Shown: positions 37,749 to 48,366 of the stretch, in pieces
How positions within the stretch are numbered: the first letter of the stretch is position 1
Layout: the number at the start of each line of letters is the position of its first letter
Source: an uncultured Acidobacteriota bacterium
GTDB taxonomy: Bacteria > Acidobacteriota > Thermoanaerobaculia > Multivoradales > JAHEKO01
DNA: 64,000 nt
Assembly: GCA_963713825.1 (NCBI GenBank)
Contig: CAVQNG010000003.1
Coordinates: 576,001 to 640,000, forward strand
Reading direction: 5' to 3'
Notes under the pieces: generated by a model
Databases searched by the model: none
What the model saw: the letters and a program-made list of their open reading frames with translations, nothing else
What the model was told of the DNA's origin: nothing
Program-made: the position numbers and the translations under genes

Positions 37749-40700
37749 ATGAGAACAAACAGATGGTTATGGCCGCTAGCGTTGGCATTTGCACTACTGC
37801 TGAGCACAGCGGCAATCACAAATGCACAAGAGGAGACCGGGAACATTTACGTCCAGGTCACCGACACCGCAGGACAAACTCTGCCAGGCGCCAGTGTTGA
37901 AATGGTGGGTGGCGGAGCGCCCAGACTCGGGATCACCAGCGCGCAGGGTGAAACGCGTTTCCTCGGTCTGGCCCCAGGCAATTACAGCCTGAAGGCCACC
38001 CTGGACGGTTTCTCCACCGTTGAGTACCCGAACGTCAACGTCAGGGTCGGCCGTAACACCACGATCCAGGTGCAGCTCAGTGCTGCCATTGGTGAGGTGA
38101 TCACGGTGACTTCTGAGAGCCCACTGTTGGATGAGCGCCGGCTCACCGCCGGTACCACGATCAGTCAGGTCGAGCTCGAGAGCATTCCGAGCGCGCGTGA
38201 CCCGTGGGCCATCGTGCAGCAGGCTCCCGGAGTCATGACCGACCGCATCAACGTCGGTGGTAACGAGAGCGGCCAGCAGGCCGTCTTCCGTGGCCAGGCC
38301 AACAACGGCGACGAGAACGACTTTCTTGTCGACGGTGTCCAGATCACGGACATGTCCGCCATCGGCTCCTCACCGACCTACTACGACTTCGACCAGTTCT
38401 CCGAGATTCAGCTGGCAACCGGTGGTCCCGATGTAAGCAAGGGCGCAGCCGGTGTCTCGGTCAATATGGTCACCAAGCGTGGTACCAACGAGTTCCGCGG
38501 CACGGCACGCTTTCTGCTGACGGATGCCGCTGGTTACTTCGGCGCGCTCGAAGCCGCGGATCCGGGTTACTCGGACAGCGACCTCGGACCGGGCCAGGAC
38601 AACTACTCCGGTGACACGGTCGATCGGATTCAGGAATTCGGCTTCGAGGCCGGTGGTCCGGCGTGGCGGGATCGCGTCTGGCTGTGGGCTTCGTGGGGTC
38701 AGAACGACATCAATCGGATCGTCGGTAGTGGCCAGTCCGACCGCACGATCCTCGAGGGCACCGCGGTCAAGTTGAACGCCCAGTTCACCGCGGCCAACTC
38801 CTTCGTTGCCTCCTTCAACAACGGCGACAAGGTCAAGTTCGGCCGTGGTGCGTCGCCGGACAACGATCCGTCGTCGACCCGTAACCAGCGTGGTCCGACG
38901 GGGATCACCAAACTCGAGGACACGCACGTCTTCGGCTCGAACCTGTTCCTGACCGGTCAGTACTCCTTCGTCGATGGCGGTTTCTCGCTGACGGCGCTGG
39001 GCGGCTCAGGCCCAGACCTTCCCGCGATTCCGTTCCCTGGCGGCGAAAAGTACACCAACGGCGACGGTTTCGTGACCAACAACTCTACCGGCGGCAACAG
39101 CCGTCCGACCGAGGAGTTCAAGATCGACGGTTCCTACTTCTTCACCACCTCGAGCTTGAACCACGAGATCAAGTTTGGTGGTCGAACGCGCGAAGCCTCG
39201 ACCGAGAGCGCCTGGTCGTATCCTGGCCGCAACATCTTCCACTACGACGGCACCTATGCCGGCGTGGCGGGCGACAGGGAACTCGGTGCCTCGCTCGGAC
39301 TGCCTGTGGCCCGTGCGGACGACTACGCTGCGGTCTACGCCTACCGTCAGGGTCCCGTACCTGTCATCACGAACTACGATTCGTTGTGGGTGCAGGACAC
39401 GATGACGATGGGCTCCTGGACCTTCAACGTCGGCTTCCGTTGGGACGATCAGTCGGGTGAGAACACGGCTGGCGTCGTGGATGCCAACCTCGGCTTCCCG
39501 AATGAAATGCCGGCCCTCGACTTCGCGGGCAACAACGCCGACGGCCTCAACTGGTCGAGTATCACTCCTCGCCTGGGTGTCACTTACGCCCTCGGTGAGG
39601 AGCGCAAGACACTCATCCGCGGTAGCTTCTCGCAGTTCCCGGATGTCATGTCGTTGACCAACATCAGCCGCGTGAACCCCTTGTCCGGACAGTTGGCGTA
39701 CATCGTCTTCGTCGACGATCCGGCTGGTTTCCCGGGCTTTTACGATGACGGCGAACAGTACGCAGTGGCAGCCGGCTACTGGGGCTACAACCCGAACGAC
39801 CCGGCGGCTCTGTCGTCCTCGAACAAGAACGATCCGGGCATGGATGCTCCGCTCACCAACGAGTTGATCCTTGGTGCCGAGCATGCCTTCCTGCCTGAGT
39901 TCGTGGTCAGCGGTACCCTCACCTGGCGTAAGGTCACGGATGTACAGGACTTCCAGCGGTTGTTCACGCCGCTCGGCAACGACAACGCGACACCGCAGAC
40001 GATTCCGGCCAGCGAGTACATCACGGACCCGACACCACTCGTGATCACGATCCCGGGTATTGGCGGCCCTGCTGCAACCGAGTCGTATACCACCTACTCG
40101 GCGGATCCGTCGAAATGGAACTACACAGGTGGTCAGCTGTTCACCAACGGTGATCGTGAGATCGACTACCTCGGTGCAACCATCGGCTTCACGAAGCGAC
40201 TGGCGAACCAGTGGATGATGCGTGGCTACGTCCAGTACAACTTCGACGAGTCCTGGAGCGTGCCGGGTAGCTACTTCAACAACAACGATCCCAACCGAGT
40301 GCTGCCTGGTGTGGCGTCCGGTGCTGTCATCGATGGCTCGACCTACGTCATCCAGTCGACCGGTTCCGGCCGCGACGAGTCCTGGCTGCAATCGGAATGG
40401 GGTTGGAACTTGAACGGCATGTACCAGGTGGCGCCCGACAGGCCCTGGGGCTTCAACGTCGCCGCCAACATGACCGGCCGTCAGGGCTATCCGATTCCGT
40501 ACTACCGGAACAGAACCGGTCTGGACGGAATTTCACGGTCGATTCAGGCTGCACAGAACATCGACGACTATCGCATGGACGATCTGTTCTCGATGGATAT
40601 GCGGCTCGAGAAAGAGTTCAGGACGGCGGGCAACCTCGGCCTGACCTTCTCGATCGACGCCTTCAATATCTTCAACAACGGCGTCGTGCTGGACCGCAAC

Positions 40701-40790
40701 CGCAACACCACCTCCGGCAACGTGGGGTGGATCAGTACCTCGCTGGCACCGCGGGTCTTCCGACTCGGTGTCCGCTTGAACTGGCGGTAA
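37749..40790 (+). CDS. Oar-like TonB-dependent receptor with N-terminal carboxypeptidase-regulatory-like domain
   Basis: AAGGAGG RBS; signal peptide; LPGASV, NMVTKRGTNEFRG, TPRLGVTYAL, C-terminal PRVFRLGVRLNW. Confidence 0.92.
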   Translation: MRTNRWLWPLALAFALLLSTAAITNAQEETGNIYVQVTDTAGQTLPGASVEMVGGGAPRLGITSAQGETRFLGLAPGNYSLKATLDGFSTVEYPNVNVRVGRNTTIQVQLSAAIGEVITVTSESPLLDERRLTAGTTISQVELESIPSARDPWAIVQQAPGVMTDRINVGGNESGQQAVFRGQANNGDENDFLVDGVQITDMSAIGSSPTYYDFDQFSEIQLATGGPDVSKGAAGVSVNMVTKRGTNEFRGTARFLLTDAAGYFGALEAADPGYSDSDLGPGQDNYSGDTVDRIQEFGFEAGGPAWRDRVWLWASWGQNDINRIVGSGQSDRTILEGTAVKLNAQFTAANSFVASFNNGDKVKFGRGASPDNDPSSTRNQRGPTGITKLEDTHVFGSNLFLTGQYSFVDGGFSLTALGGSGPDLPAIPFPGGEKYTNGDGFVTNNSTGGNSRPTEEFKIDGSYFFTTSSLNHEIKFGGRTREASTESAWSYPGRNIFHYDGTYAGVAGDRELGASLGLPVARADDYAAVYAYRQGPVPVITNYDSLWVQDTMTMGSWTFNVGFRWDDQSGENTAGVVDANLGFPNEMPALDFAGNNADGLNWSSITPRLGVTYALGEERKTLIRGSFSQFPDVMSLTNISRVNPLSGQLAYIVFVDDPAGFPGFYDDGEQYAVAAGYWGYNPNDPAALSSSNKNDPGMDAPLTNELILGAEHAFLPEFVVSGTLTWRKVTDVQDFQRLFTPLGNDNATPQTIPASEYITDPTPLVITIPGIGGPAATESYTTYSADPSKWNYTGGQLFTNGDREIDYLGATIGFTKRLANQWMMRGYVQYNFDESWSVPGSYFNNNDPNRVLPGVASGAVIDGSTYVIQSTGSGRDESWLQSEWGWNLNGMYQVAPDRPWGFNVAANMTGRQGYPIPYYRNRTGLDGISRSIQAAQNIDDYRMDDLFSMDMRLEKEFRTAGNLGLTFSIDAFNIFNNGVVLDRNRNTTSGNVGWISTSLAPRVFRLGVRLNWR

Positions 40791-40822
40791 GTCGTCCATT
40801 CAAACCAGGCCACACGCTTCAC

Positions 40823-40852
40823 CGCCGGGGGGGCAACTCCCCGGCGCTTTTT
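40823..40852 (+). terminator. Intrinsic terminator
   Basis: CGCCGGGGGG-GCAA-CTCCCCGGCG followed by CTTTTT. Confidence 0.88.
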
Positions 40853-40883
40853 GTTCCCGCCTAGCCGATGGCTAGGCAGTCAA

Positions 40884-41035
40884 GGGTTGAGGCGTCCGGT
40901 CGTTCCTTCCGGACGATCTATGAGGGCTTGGGGGTTGAACCGGCCGCACTCCGTGTCGGCCGGCCTTTGGGGCTTGGGGGAACAGCCGACAAACAACCCT
41001 CGCGCCCCTACTGTCCTATGCCCTTACGCCCCCCT
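40884..41035. repeat. Composite repeat (reverse orientation), two hairpin units + octamer remnants
   Basis: 40884-40983 is the reverse complement of 44978-45077 with 5 mismatches in 100 bp. Confidence 0.88.
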
Positions 41036-41044
41036 TGGTGCCAA

Positions 41045-41208
41045 AGGTTCGTCCGGGTGGTTCGGCAGGGGGGGCTCGACAAGCGCAGCGCAAGAGCCGT
41101 CGAAGTTCACGGCCCATCCGGCGCGCCGGAGAGCGCAGGTGGCGGCCAAACCCGTCAAAGCCTGAGTAGCCGACGCCGTCCCCCGGCGAACCACCTGGGC
41201 GCGGACCC
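41045..41208. mobile_element. MITE-like element, second copy (inverted relative to 29690)
   Basis: AGGTTCGTCCGGGTGGTTCG...AGCGCAGCGCAAG...AGGTGGCGGCC...CTGAGTAGCCGACGCCGTCC...CGAACCACC; all blocks shared with copy 1. Confidence 0.75.
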
Positions 41209-41299
41209 CCACTACCAGTTTCTCGATAGGATCAAGTGGACCGATCAGCGTCCCAACAGACGCTTTCAGCTCACCAGCATCTGATCGAGGAGTCACCCC

Positions 41300-42418
41300 A
41301 TGTCCGACCCCCGTCACACCAAGCTGTCCGAGATCCTGGTCCACTACTCCTGCGAACTGAAGGAGGGAGACAAGGTCCTCATCGAGGCCGTCGACATCCC
41401 GCACGCCTTCACCACCGAGCTCATCCGTGCCGCTAGCGAGGCCGGAGCCCAGCCCTTCGTGACGCTCAAGAACCAGTCGGTCTGGCGAGCGTTGCAGCTG
41501 GCTGGCAGCGAGCCGCAGATGCAGCTCATCGCCGAGATCGAAGCCAAACGCATGGCGGAAATGGATGCCTACATCGGTGTGCGGGGCACCGACAATGTCT
41601 CCGAGTGGTCCGACATCCCGACTGACAAGATGGGTCTCTATGAGTCCAACGTCTGGAAGAAGGTCCACATCGACATCCGCGTACCCGACACCCGGTGGGT
41701 CGTGCTGCGTTGGCCCAGCCCTTCGATGGCGCAGCTGGCTCAGATGTCGACGGAGAGCTTCGAGAACTTCTACTTCGACGTCTGCAACATCGACTACGCC
41801 CGCATGTCGAAGGCCATGCAGCCGCTCAAGGAGCTCATGGATGCGACTGACAAGGTCCGCCTGGTAGCGCCGGGCACAGATCTGAGCTTTAGCCTGAAAG
41901 ACATCCCGGCAGTCTGCTGCGACGGGCACCGCAATGTGCCGGACGGCGAGGTCTTCACCGCCCCGGTTCGGGACAGCATCAACGGCACCATCCAGTACAA
42001 CACCCCGACTCTCTACCAGGGAGTGACCCACGAGGACATTCGCTTCGAGTTCAAGGATGGCAAGATCGTCGCCGCCTCGAGCAACCAGACCGAGCACCTC
42101 GAGAAGGTCCTCGATACCGACGACGGCTCACGCTACGTCGGCGAGTTCGCCATCGGCTTCCACCCCAGAATCGTCCGGCCCATGAAAGACATCCTGTTCG
42201 ACGAGAAGATCGCCGGCTCGATCCACTTGACTCCGGGGCAGGCCTACAAGGAGGCCTGGAACGGCAACTCCAGTCAGATCCACTGGGACCTGGTGCTGCT
42301 GATGGATCCGGAAGCAGGCGGCGGCGAGATCTGGTTCGACGACAAACTGATCCGCCAAGACGGCGAGTTCGTAACGCCTGAGCTCGAGGGCCTCAACCCA
42401 GATCAGCTGGGTGCCTGA
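41300..42418 (+). CDS. Aminopeptidase, M29 (AmpS/AmpT) family
   Basis: NVPDGEVFTAP, GEFAIG, ILFDEKIAGSIH, SQIHWDLV. Confidence 0.93.
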   Translation: MSDPRHTKLSEILVHYSCELKEGDKVLIEAVDIPHAFTTELIRAASEAGAQPFVTLKNQSVWRALQLAGSEPQMQLIAEIEAKRMAEMDAYIGVRGTDNVSEWSDIPTDKMGLYESNVWKKVHIDIRVPDTRWVVLRWPSPSMAQLAQMSTESFENFYFDVCNIDYARMSKAMQPLKELMDATDKVRLVAPGTDLSFSLKDIPAVCCDGHRNVPDGEVFTAPVRDSINGTIQYNTPTLYQGVTHEDIRFEFKDGKIVAASSNQTEHLEKVLDTDDGSRYVGEFAIGFHPRIVRPMKDILFDEKIAGSIHLTPGQAYKEAWNGNSSQIHWDLVLLMDPEAGGGEIWFDDKLIRQDGEFVTPELEGLNPDQLGA

Positions 42419-42496
42419 TCACTCGACAACTCGTCCTTGAAGTCCAGCAGGCCTTGCCACTTCTCGGATAAAATGCCCGCGTCCTAGGGGGGATTC

Positions 42497-44248
<1,752 letters not shown>

Positions 44249-44269
44249 GAATCAGAAGAAGCTCGAGCC

Positions 44270-44815
44270 ATGAAACGCATCGCCTACTTCCTCATCACCG
44301 TCAGCTTTCTGGCGGCGGCCTATTTCTCGGTGATCGACCCCGATCTGGTGCCCTGGCCGCAGGTGATCCCCGCTCTGCTCGTCGGACTGGCGGGTGTCGC
44401 CATGATCCAGCTCAGCGCTCGCAGCAAAGAGAGAGCTGTAGACACCGTGCGGTCCAATATCGGCAAGCTCGAGGAGAGCCTGTCGAATATCGTCGCCAAC
44501 GCGATTCAACTCGACGAGGCCAAGGATGGCATCGATCCCTACGAGATCCGGCACCGCATCGACGATCTGTTTATGGACGACCTGGACACCTTCGTTCAGA
44601 ACCGCGAGAGCATCAGCCACGCATTCGGCCTGCAGGCCTACGCCAACGTCATGACGAGCTTCGCCACCGGCGAGCGTTACCTCAATCGTTGCTGGTCCGC
44701 TTCGACCGACGGCTACATCGACGAAGTCCACACCTATCTGACCCGCGCCAAGATCCAGTTCGAGGAAGCTCTCGAACTGCTGCGCACCCACACCGGCACC
44801 GCATCTGAGGGTTGA
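44270..44815 (+). CDS. Hypothetical membrane-anchored helical protein
   Basis: Two N-terminal TM helices; FATGERYLNRCWSASTDGY; stop codon lies inside the repeat. Confidence 0.75.
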   Translation: MKRIAYFLITVSFLAAAYFSVIDPDLVPWPQVIPALLVGLAGVAMIQLSARSKERAVDTVRSNIGKLEESLSNIVANAIQLDEAKDGIDPYEIRHRIDDLFMDDLDTFVQNRESISHAFGLQAYANVMTSFATGERYLNRCWSASTDGYIDEVHTYLTRAKIQFEEALELLRTHTGTASEG

Positions 44816-45078
44816 GGCATCCGGTGCGCTGCACCGACTGACCCTTGAGGGCTTGGGTCCTGGGCCCTGAACAGATGACCTTCTTCTCGTAGAGGTCCGG
44901 CCGGGTGGTCCGCAGAAGGCAATAGGGGCGTAGGGGCTTAAGGGCGTAAGGGACGATCCCAAGGACACAGGCCATCAGTTCCCCCAAGCCCCAAAGGCCG
45001 GCCGACACGGAGTGTGGCCGGTTCAACCCCTAAGCCCTCAAAGATCCTCCGGAAGGTACGACCGGACGCCTCAACCCC
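44807..45078. repeat. Composite repeat: reverse unit, truncated MITE end, octamer array, two forward units
   Basis: GAGGGTTGAGGC..TTGAGGGCTTGGG; GAGGTCCGGCCGGGTGGTCCGCAG; TAGGGGCGTAGGGGCTTAAGGGCGTAAGGG; CAAGCCC units. Confidence 0.88.
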
Positions 45079-45084
45079 AGGCCA

Positions 45085-45116
45085 GAGGGCCTCCGCCTGA
45101 GGCCCTCGGCTAAAAT
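45085..45116 (+). promoter_or_regulatory. Palindrome plus -10 box of a probable leaderless transcript
   Basis: GAGGGCCTC-CGCCT-GAGGCCCTC, then TAAAAT 6 nt before ATG 45123; no SD sequence. Confidence 0.5.
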
Positions 45117-45122
45117 GCCCCC

Positions 45123-46184
45123 ATGAATTACGACCTACAAGCTCTGATGGAACGATGGGACGGCCTCTCAGTCGTTTGCCGATTTGACCACCCGACCCAA
45201 ACATGGGTCTTCATCTGCATGCACGACAACACCCTCGGGCCCTGCATGGGGGGTACCCGCATCAAGGTCTACTCCAAACCCGGAGAGGGCCTTTTGGACG
45301 CCATGCGGCTGGCGGAGGGAATGACGAACAAATGGGCCGCGATCGATGTCGCAGCAGGAGGCGGCAAGGCAGTTCTGGCAGTGGAGAGGCCTTTGGAAGG
45401 TGAAGAACGGCGAGGGCTCCTACTGCGCTACGGAAGGCTCATTCAATCGCTAGGCGGTGGGTTCCGAACCGGCGAAGATATGGGCACCTCGTCCGAAGAC
45501 ATGCAGGTGATTGCCGAAGAGGCCGACTACGTGCATGGCTTCCACCCCGAGGACGGCACCAAGGTAGACCCCAGCCCCTATACTGCCCGGGCGGTATTTG
45601 CCGGAATCCGCAGTGCTGTGGCGCAGGTCTTCGAGGGAGAAACGCTACGAGGTCGAACGGTTTTGATCCAGGGAGTAGGTAGCGTTGGCGCCAATCTGGG
45701 ACTCTTTCTGAAGGAGGCCGGCGCAGAGCTGCTGGTCAGCGATATCGATGCGCCACGCTGTCAGCGCGTCGCCGATCAACTCGAGGCACAGTTCGTACCC
45801 AACAGTGAGGTCTACGCAACACCCTGCGATGTCTACGCTCCCTGCGCCGTGGGCGCAACTCTCAACCCAGAGACCGTTCCTCAGTTGCAGTGTCGCATCG
45901 TCGCCGGCTCGGCCAACAACCAACTCGCGACCCCCGCCGACGCAATGCGATTGTTGGAACGAGGCATCGTCTACGTTCCCGACTACATCATCAATGCCGG
46001 GGGTGCTTTGGCCTTCTCATTTCTCGACAAGAAGTTTGGCAACACCGACGCTCTGCTCGAGAAGATGGACGTGGTCGGTGTCTCCGTCACCGAGATCCTG
46101 CAGGAAGCTGCTTCCAAGAACGAGTCGCCGGTCGTTGCAGCGCAGCATCGCGTCGACCGCACCCTCGCCAAGGCACGCACCTAG
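45123..46184 (+). CDS. Leu/Val/Phe dehydrogenase
   Basis: GPCMGGTR, GMTNK, GGGKAV, GEDMGT, IQGVGSVG, GSANNQL, PDYIINAGG. Confidence 0.93.
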   Translation: MNYDLQALMERWDGLSVVCRFDHPTQTWVFICMHDNTLGPCMGGTRIKVYSKPGEGLLDAMRLAEGMTNKWAAIDVAAGGGKAVLAVERPLEGEERRGLLLRYGRLIQSLGGGFRTGEDMGTSSEDMQVIAEEADYVHGFHPEDGTKVDPSPYTARAVFAGIRSAVAQVFEGETLRGRTVLIQGVGSVGANLGLFLKEAGAELLVSDIDAPRCQRVADQLEAQFVPNSEVYATPCDVYAPCAVGATLNPETVPQLQCRIVAGSANNQLATPADAMRLLERGIVYVPDYIINAGGALAFSFLDKKFGNTDALLEKMDVVGVSVTEILQEAASKNESPVVAAQHRVDRTLAKART

Positions 46185-46203
46185 ATCTGACCAACCACCT
46201 GCA

Positions 46204-46364
46204 GAGACCCGTCCGGATGGCCCGCAAAGGGACGGCGTCGGCCGCTTCAAGACCTCAGGACCCGGGTCCCAAGCCCTCGAAGACAGGCCGGAGGTACGAA
46301 CGGCTACCTCAACCCCCAAGCCCTCAAAGAATGCCCGGCGGTGAGCCGGGCGCCTCAACCCTCA
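46204..46364. repeat. Composite repeat: degenerate MITE end + two C-rich/hairpin units
   Basis: CCGTCCGGATGG..GGACGGCGTCGGC; CCCAAGCCCTCGAAGA-hairpin-CCTCAACCCCCAAGCCCTCAAAGA-hairpin-CCTCAACCCTC. Confidence 0.85.
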
Positions 46365-47791
46365 GGGAGGGTGGGAGGGAGTCTGTCGCCCCAGACTTCT
46401 GTGTCGGGGTAGAAGCCGTACCAGCCGAACCAGAACGCGACGTGCCCCGGCAGGCGCTTCAGTGGCGCCACCGATCCGCCGCCGTTCGTCAACGTCAGCG
46501 CTTCCTCGGTCAGACTCCATATCCTACCTTTGTCGTCTGCCAACTGGTCGTCTTCATTCCAGCGGAAGCTCCTCTCGCCCCTCTCGTATGCCCTGATCGA
46601 GCCGCTCCTGGAGTCGGCCACCAGCACAACAGGCAAATCGCCGACCACCTCGTTGACGACTTCCGCCGCGAGCGCGGCCTCCACCACGAAGGCCTTGGCG
46701 CGCCCACCGAAACGAAGGACGTAGACCTCGGTGTTGCGTTCCAACCGATTGCTCTTCTTCCACACGGGAAAGGAGACACCGGTCCGCGCCTCATCGGCAG
46801 CCCCGGGCTGGTAGTCGAACGGATAGTAGAAAGCGAGCGGTTCCAGATCCAACACCGTCGTCGTCGGATGGCGCCATCGCCACTCACCCCAGGTGGTCAG
46901 AGTCAGTGGCAGGACTTCGAGCCCGACCGGATCCTCCGCCAGTTTGCCGACAACCGGCTCGCCAGTCAGGTTGCTCCAGAGGGACTCCGTCTCGTGGTCG
47001 AACATGAGCTTGTTGCTGCGATAGAGCAGGCCAGAGGTGCCGAAGACGATTCGCCCTCCATCGGCCCGCCGCGTGCGAAACAGCACTCCTGACCGGCAGA
47101 GGGTGCAGTAGGACAGCGCTACAGGCTCCCCTCCAATCTCGTCGTTGAGCAGCTCGTGCCAATCCATGATCCGCAGAGGGTAGGCGCGGTACTCACCCTC
47201 GACTGAGGCTCCGAAGACGAGCTCCCCGTCACCGAGATACTCGGCTTCACCGGCGGGGATCGTGTCGGGGTTCATGAGCGTCGGGATCTCGTCGACCCTG
47301 ACGCCGCCCCAGACGACCTCAGTCAGCCGGACTCGCGCTGGAGCGTCTTCGTAGAGGATCTCCGTGTAGCGGGGATCGATGCGCGACAGCAGCTTCGCCT
47401 TGAACTGGGCGTAGCCGTCAAGGGGCTCGATCTCCGGATGCGCACCCACCCATTCCACCCAGTCGAAGTAGCGCACTCCGAGATTGGCGCCCGTGAGGGC
47501 CTCGAGCACCTCGAGCGCCTCGGCACGCTGCTGCCGCGGAATGAAGAACAGGCTGTCCACCAGACCGGGTACGAGGGCAGGATCGCCAGCCTCGATAAGA
47601 GCCTTCTGGGCCTTCTTGCGCTGTTTCCTCTTCTCGGACTGGAGTTCTTGGACCGTGTCATAGCCCACAGCCTCCAAGTCTGCGGCAACAACCGCACCCA
47701 CCGGTACCAGCAGCAGGACCGCACCAAGAGCGGCGGACCAGCCCATGGTGCGGAAAGTCAGAGCCTGATCCATAGAGAGCCCCACCTTCAC
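46355..47791 (-). CDS. DUF3179 protein with N-terminal helical domain
   Basis: WGGVRVDEIP, RAYPLRIMDWHE, YCTLC, FGTSGLLYRSNKLMFD, FWFGW; start uncertain (47791, 47773 or 47746). Confidence 0.88.
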   Translation of the reverse strand: MKVGLSMDQALTFRTMGWSAALGAVLLLVPVGAVVAADLEAVGYDTVQELQSEKRKQRKKAQKALIEAGDPALVPGLVDSLFFIPRQQRAEALEVLEALTGANLGVRYFDWVEWVGAHPEIEPLDGYAQFKAKLLSRIDPRYTEILYEDAPARVRLTEVVWGGVRVDEIPTLMNPDTIPAGEAEYLGDGELVFGASVEGEYRAYPLRIMDWHELLNDEIGGEPVALSYCTLCRSGVLFRTRRADGGRIVFGTSGLLYRSNKLMFDHETESLWSNLTGEPVVGKLAEDPVGLEVLPLTLTTWGEWRWRHPTTTVLDLEPLAFYYPFDYQPGAADEARTGVSFPVWKKSNRLERNTEVYVLRFGGRAKAFVVEAALAAEVVNEVVGDLPVVLVADSRSGSIRAYERGERSFRWNEDDQLADDKGRIWSLTEEALTLTNGGGSVAPLKRLPGHVAFWFGWYGFYPDTEVWGDRLPPTLPEG

Positions 47792-47797
47792 CAGCCC

Positions 47798-48316
47798 CTA
47801 GAACCAGGGCCTCGTCGGCTCCTCGAGGATCTCCAGCAATTCCACGAAGTCGATCTTCCAGTCGCCTTCCTGCTCCACCCAATCGATTCTGAACCGGTAG
47901 GCCTCCCTGCCTGTGATGTCTCGGGCCTTGGTCACAAAGTCCGCGATCAGGTAGGTGGAGGCTCGTCGATGTTCCTCGTCGACCGTCAACTCCTTGTCCC
48001 GAACCCGCATGGCGATGGCCTGGCTGAAGGAGCGGTACTGATGGACTCCAGCCGCCAGCCGCTGTCGATCGCGGGTGTAGAAGTCGAATCCCTCGGCGCG
48101 AAACTCGAAACTGTCAGCGAACATCTCGCTAATGTTGCGTGCCTTGCCCAACCCCACGAGATCACTCTCACCCGGGGCCTTGGACACGATCTTCTGCATC
48201 CTCTTGATGCTCTTACCGATCTGGCGCTCGGGACTCACCCACCAGCGCACCGTCATCCAGCCAGCGATCACCAGCAAAGCCAGTGCCACCGTCGCCTGCA
48301 GTCTCTTGCGGCTCAA
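47798..48316 (-). CDS. Membrane-anchored NTF2/SnoaL-like protein
   Basis: N-terminal TM helix; C-terminal WVEQEGDWKI typical of NTF2-like folds. Confidence 0.6.
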   Translation of the reverse strand: MSRKRLQATVALALLVIAGWMTVRWWVSPERQIGKSIKRMQKIVSKAPGESDLVGLGKARNISEMFADSFEFRAEGFDFYTRDRQRLAAGVHQYRSFSQAIAMRVRDKELTVDEEHRRASTYLIADFVTKARDITGREAYRFRIDWVEQEGDWKIDFVELLEILEEPTRPWF

Positions 48317-48366
48317 AATGACGTCTTCCCTTCTTCGGGCTTCACCGGGCCACGCCCGGTATCAGA

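Noticed and set aside
39006-40391. 461-aa antisense ORF inside the TonB receptor (also 25556..26500, 41024..42097 and 4890..5990)
   Set aside because: Expected stop-poor antisense frames in high-GC3 genes.
45890-47092. 400-aa plus-strand ORF crossing the repeat
   Set aside because: Arg/Pro-rich shadow overlapping two real genes.
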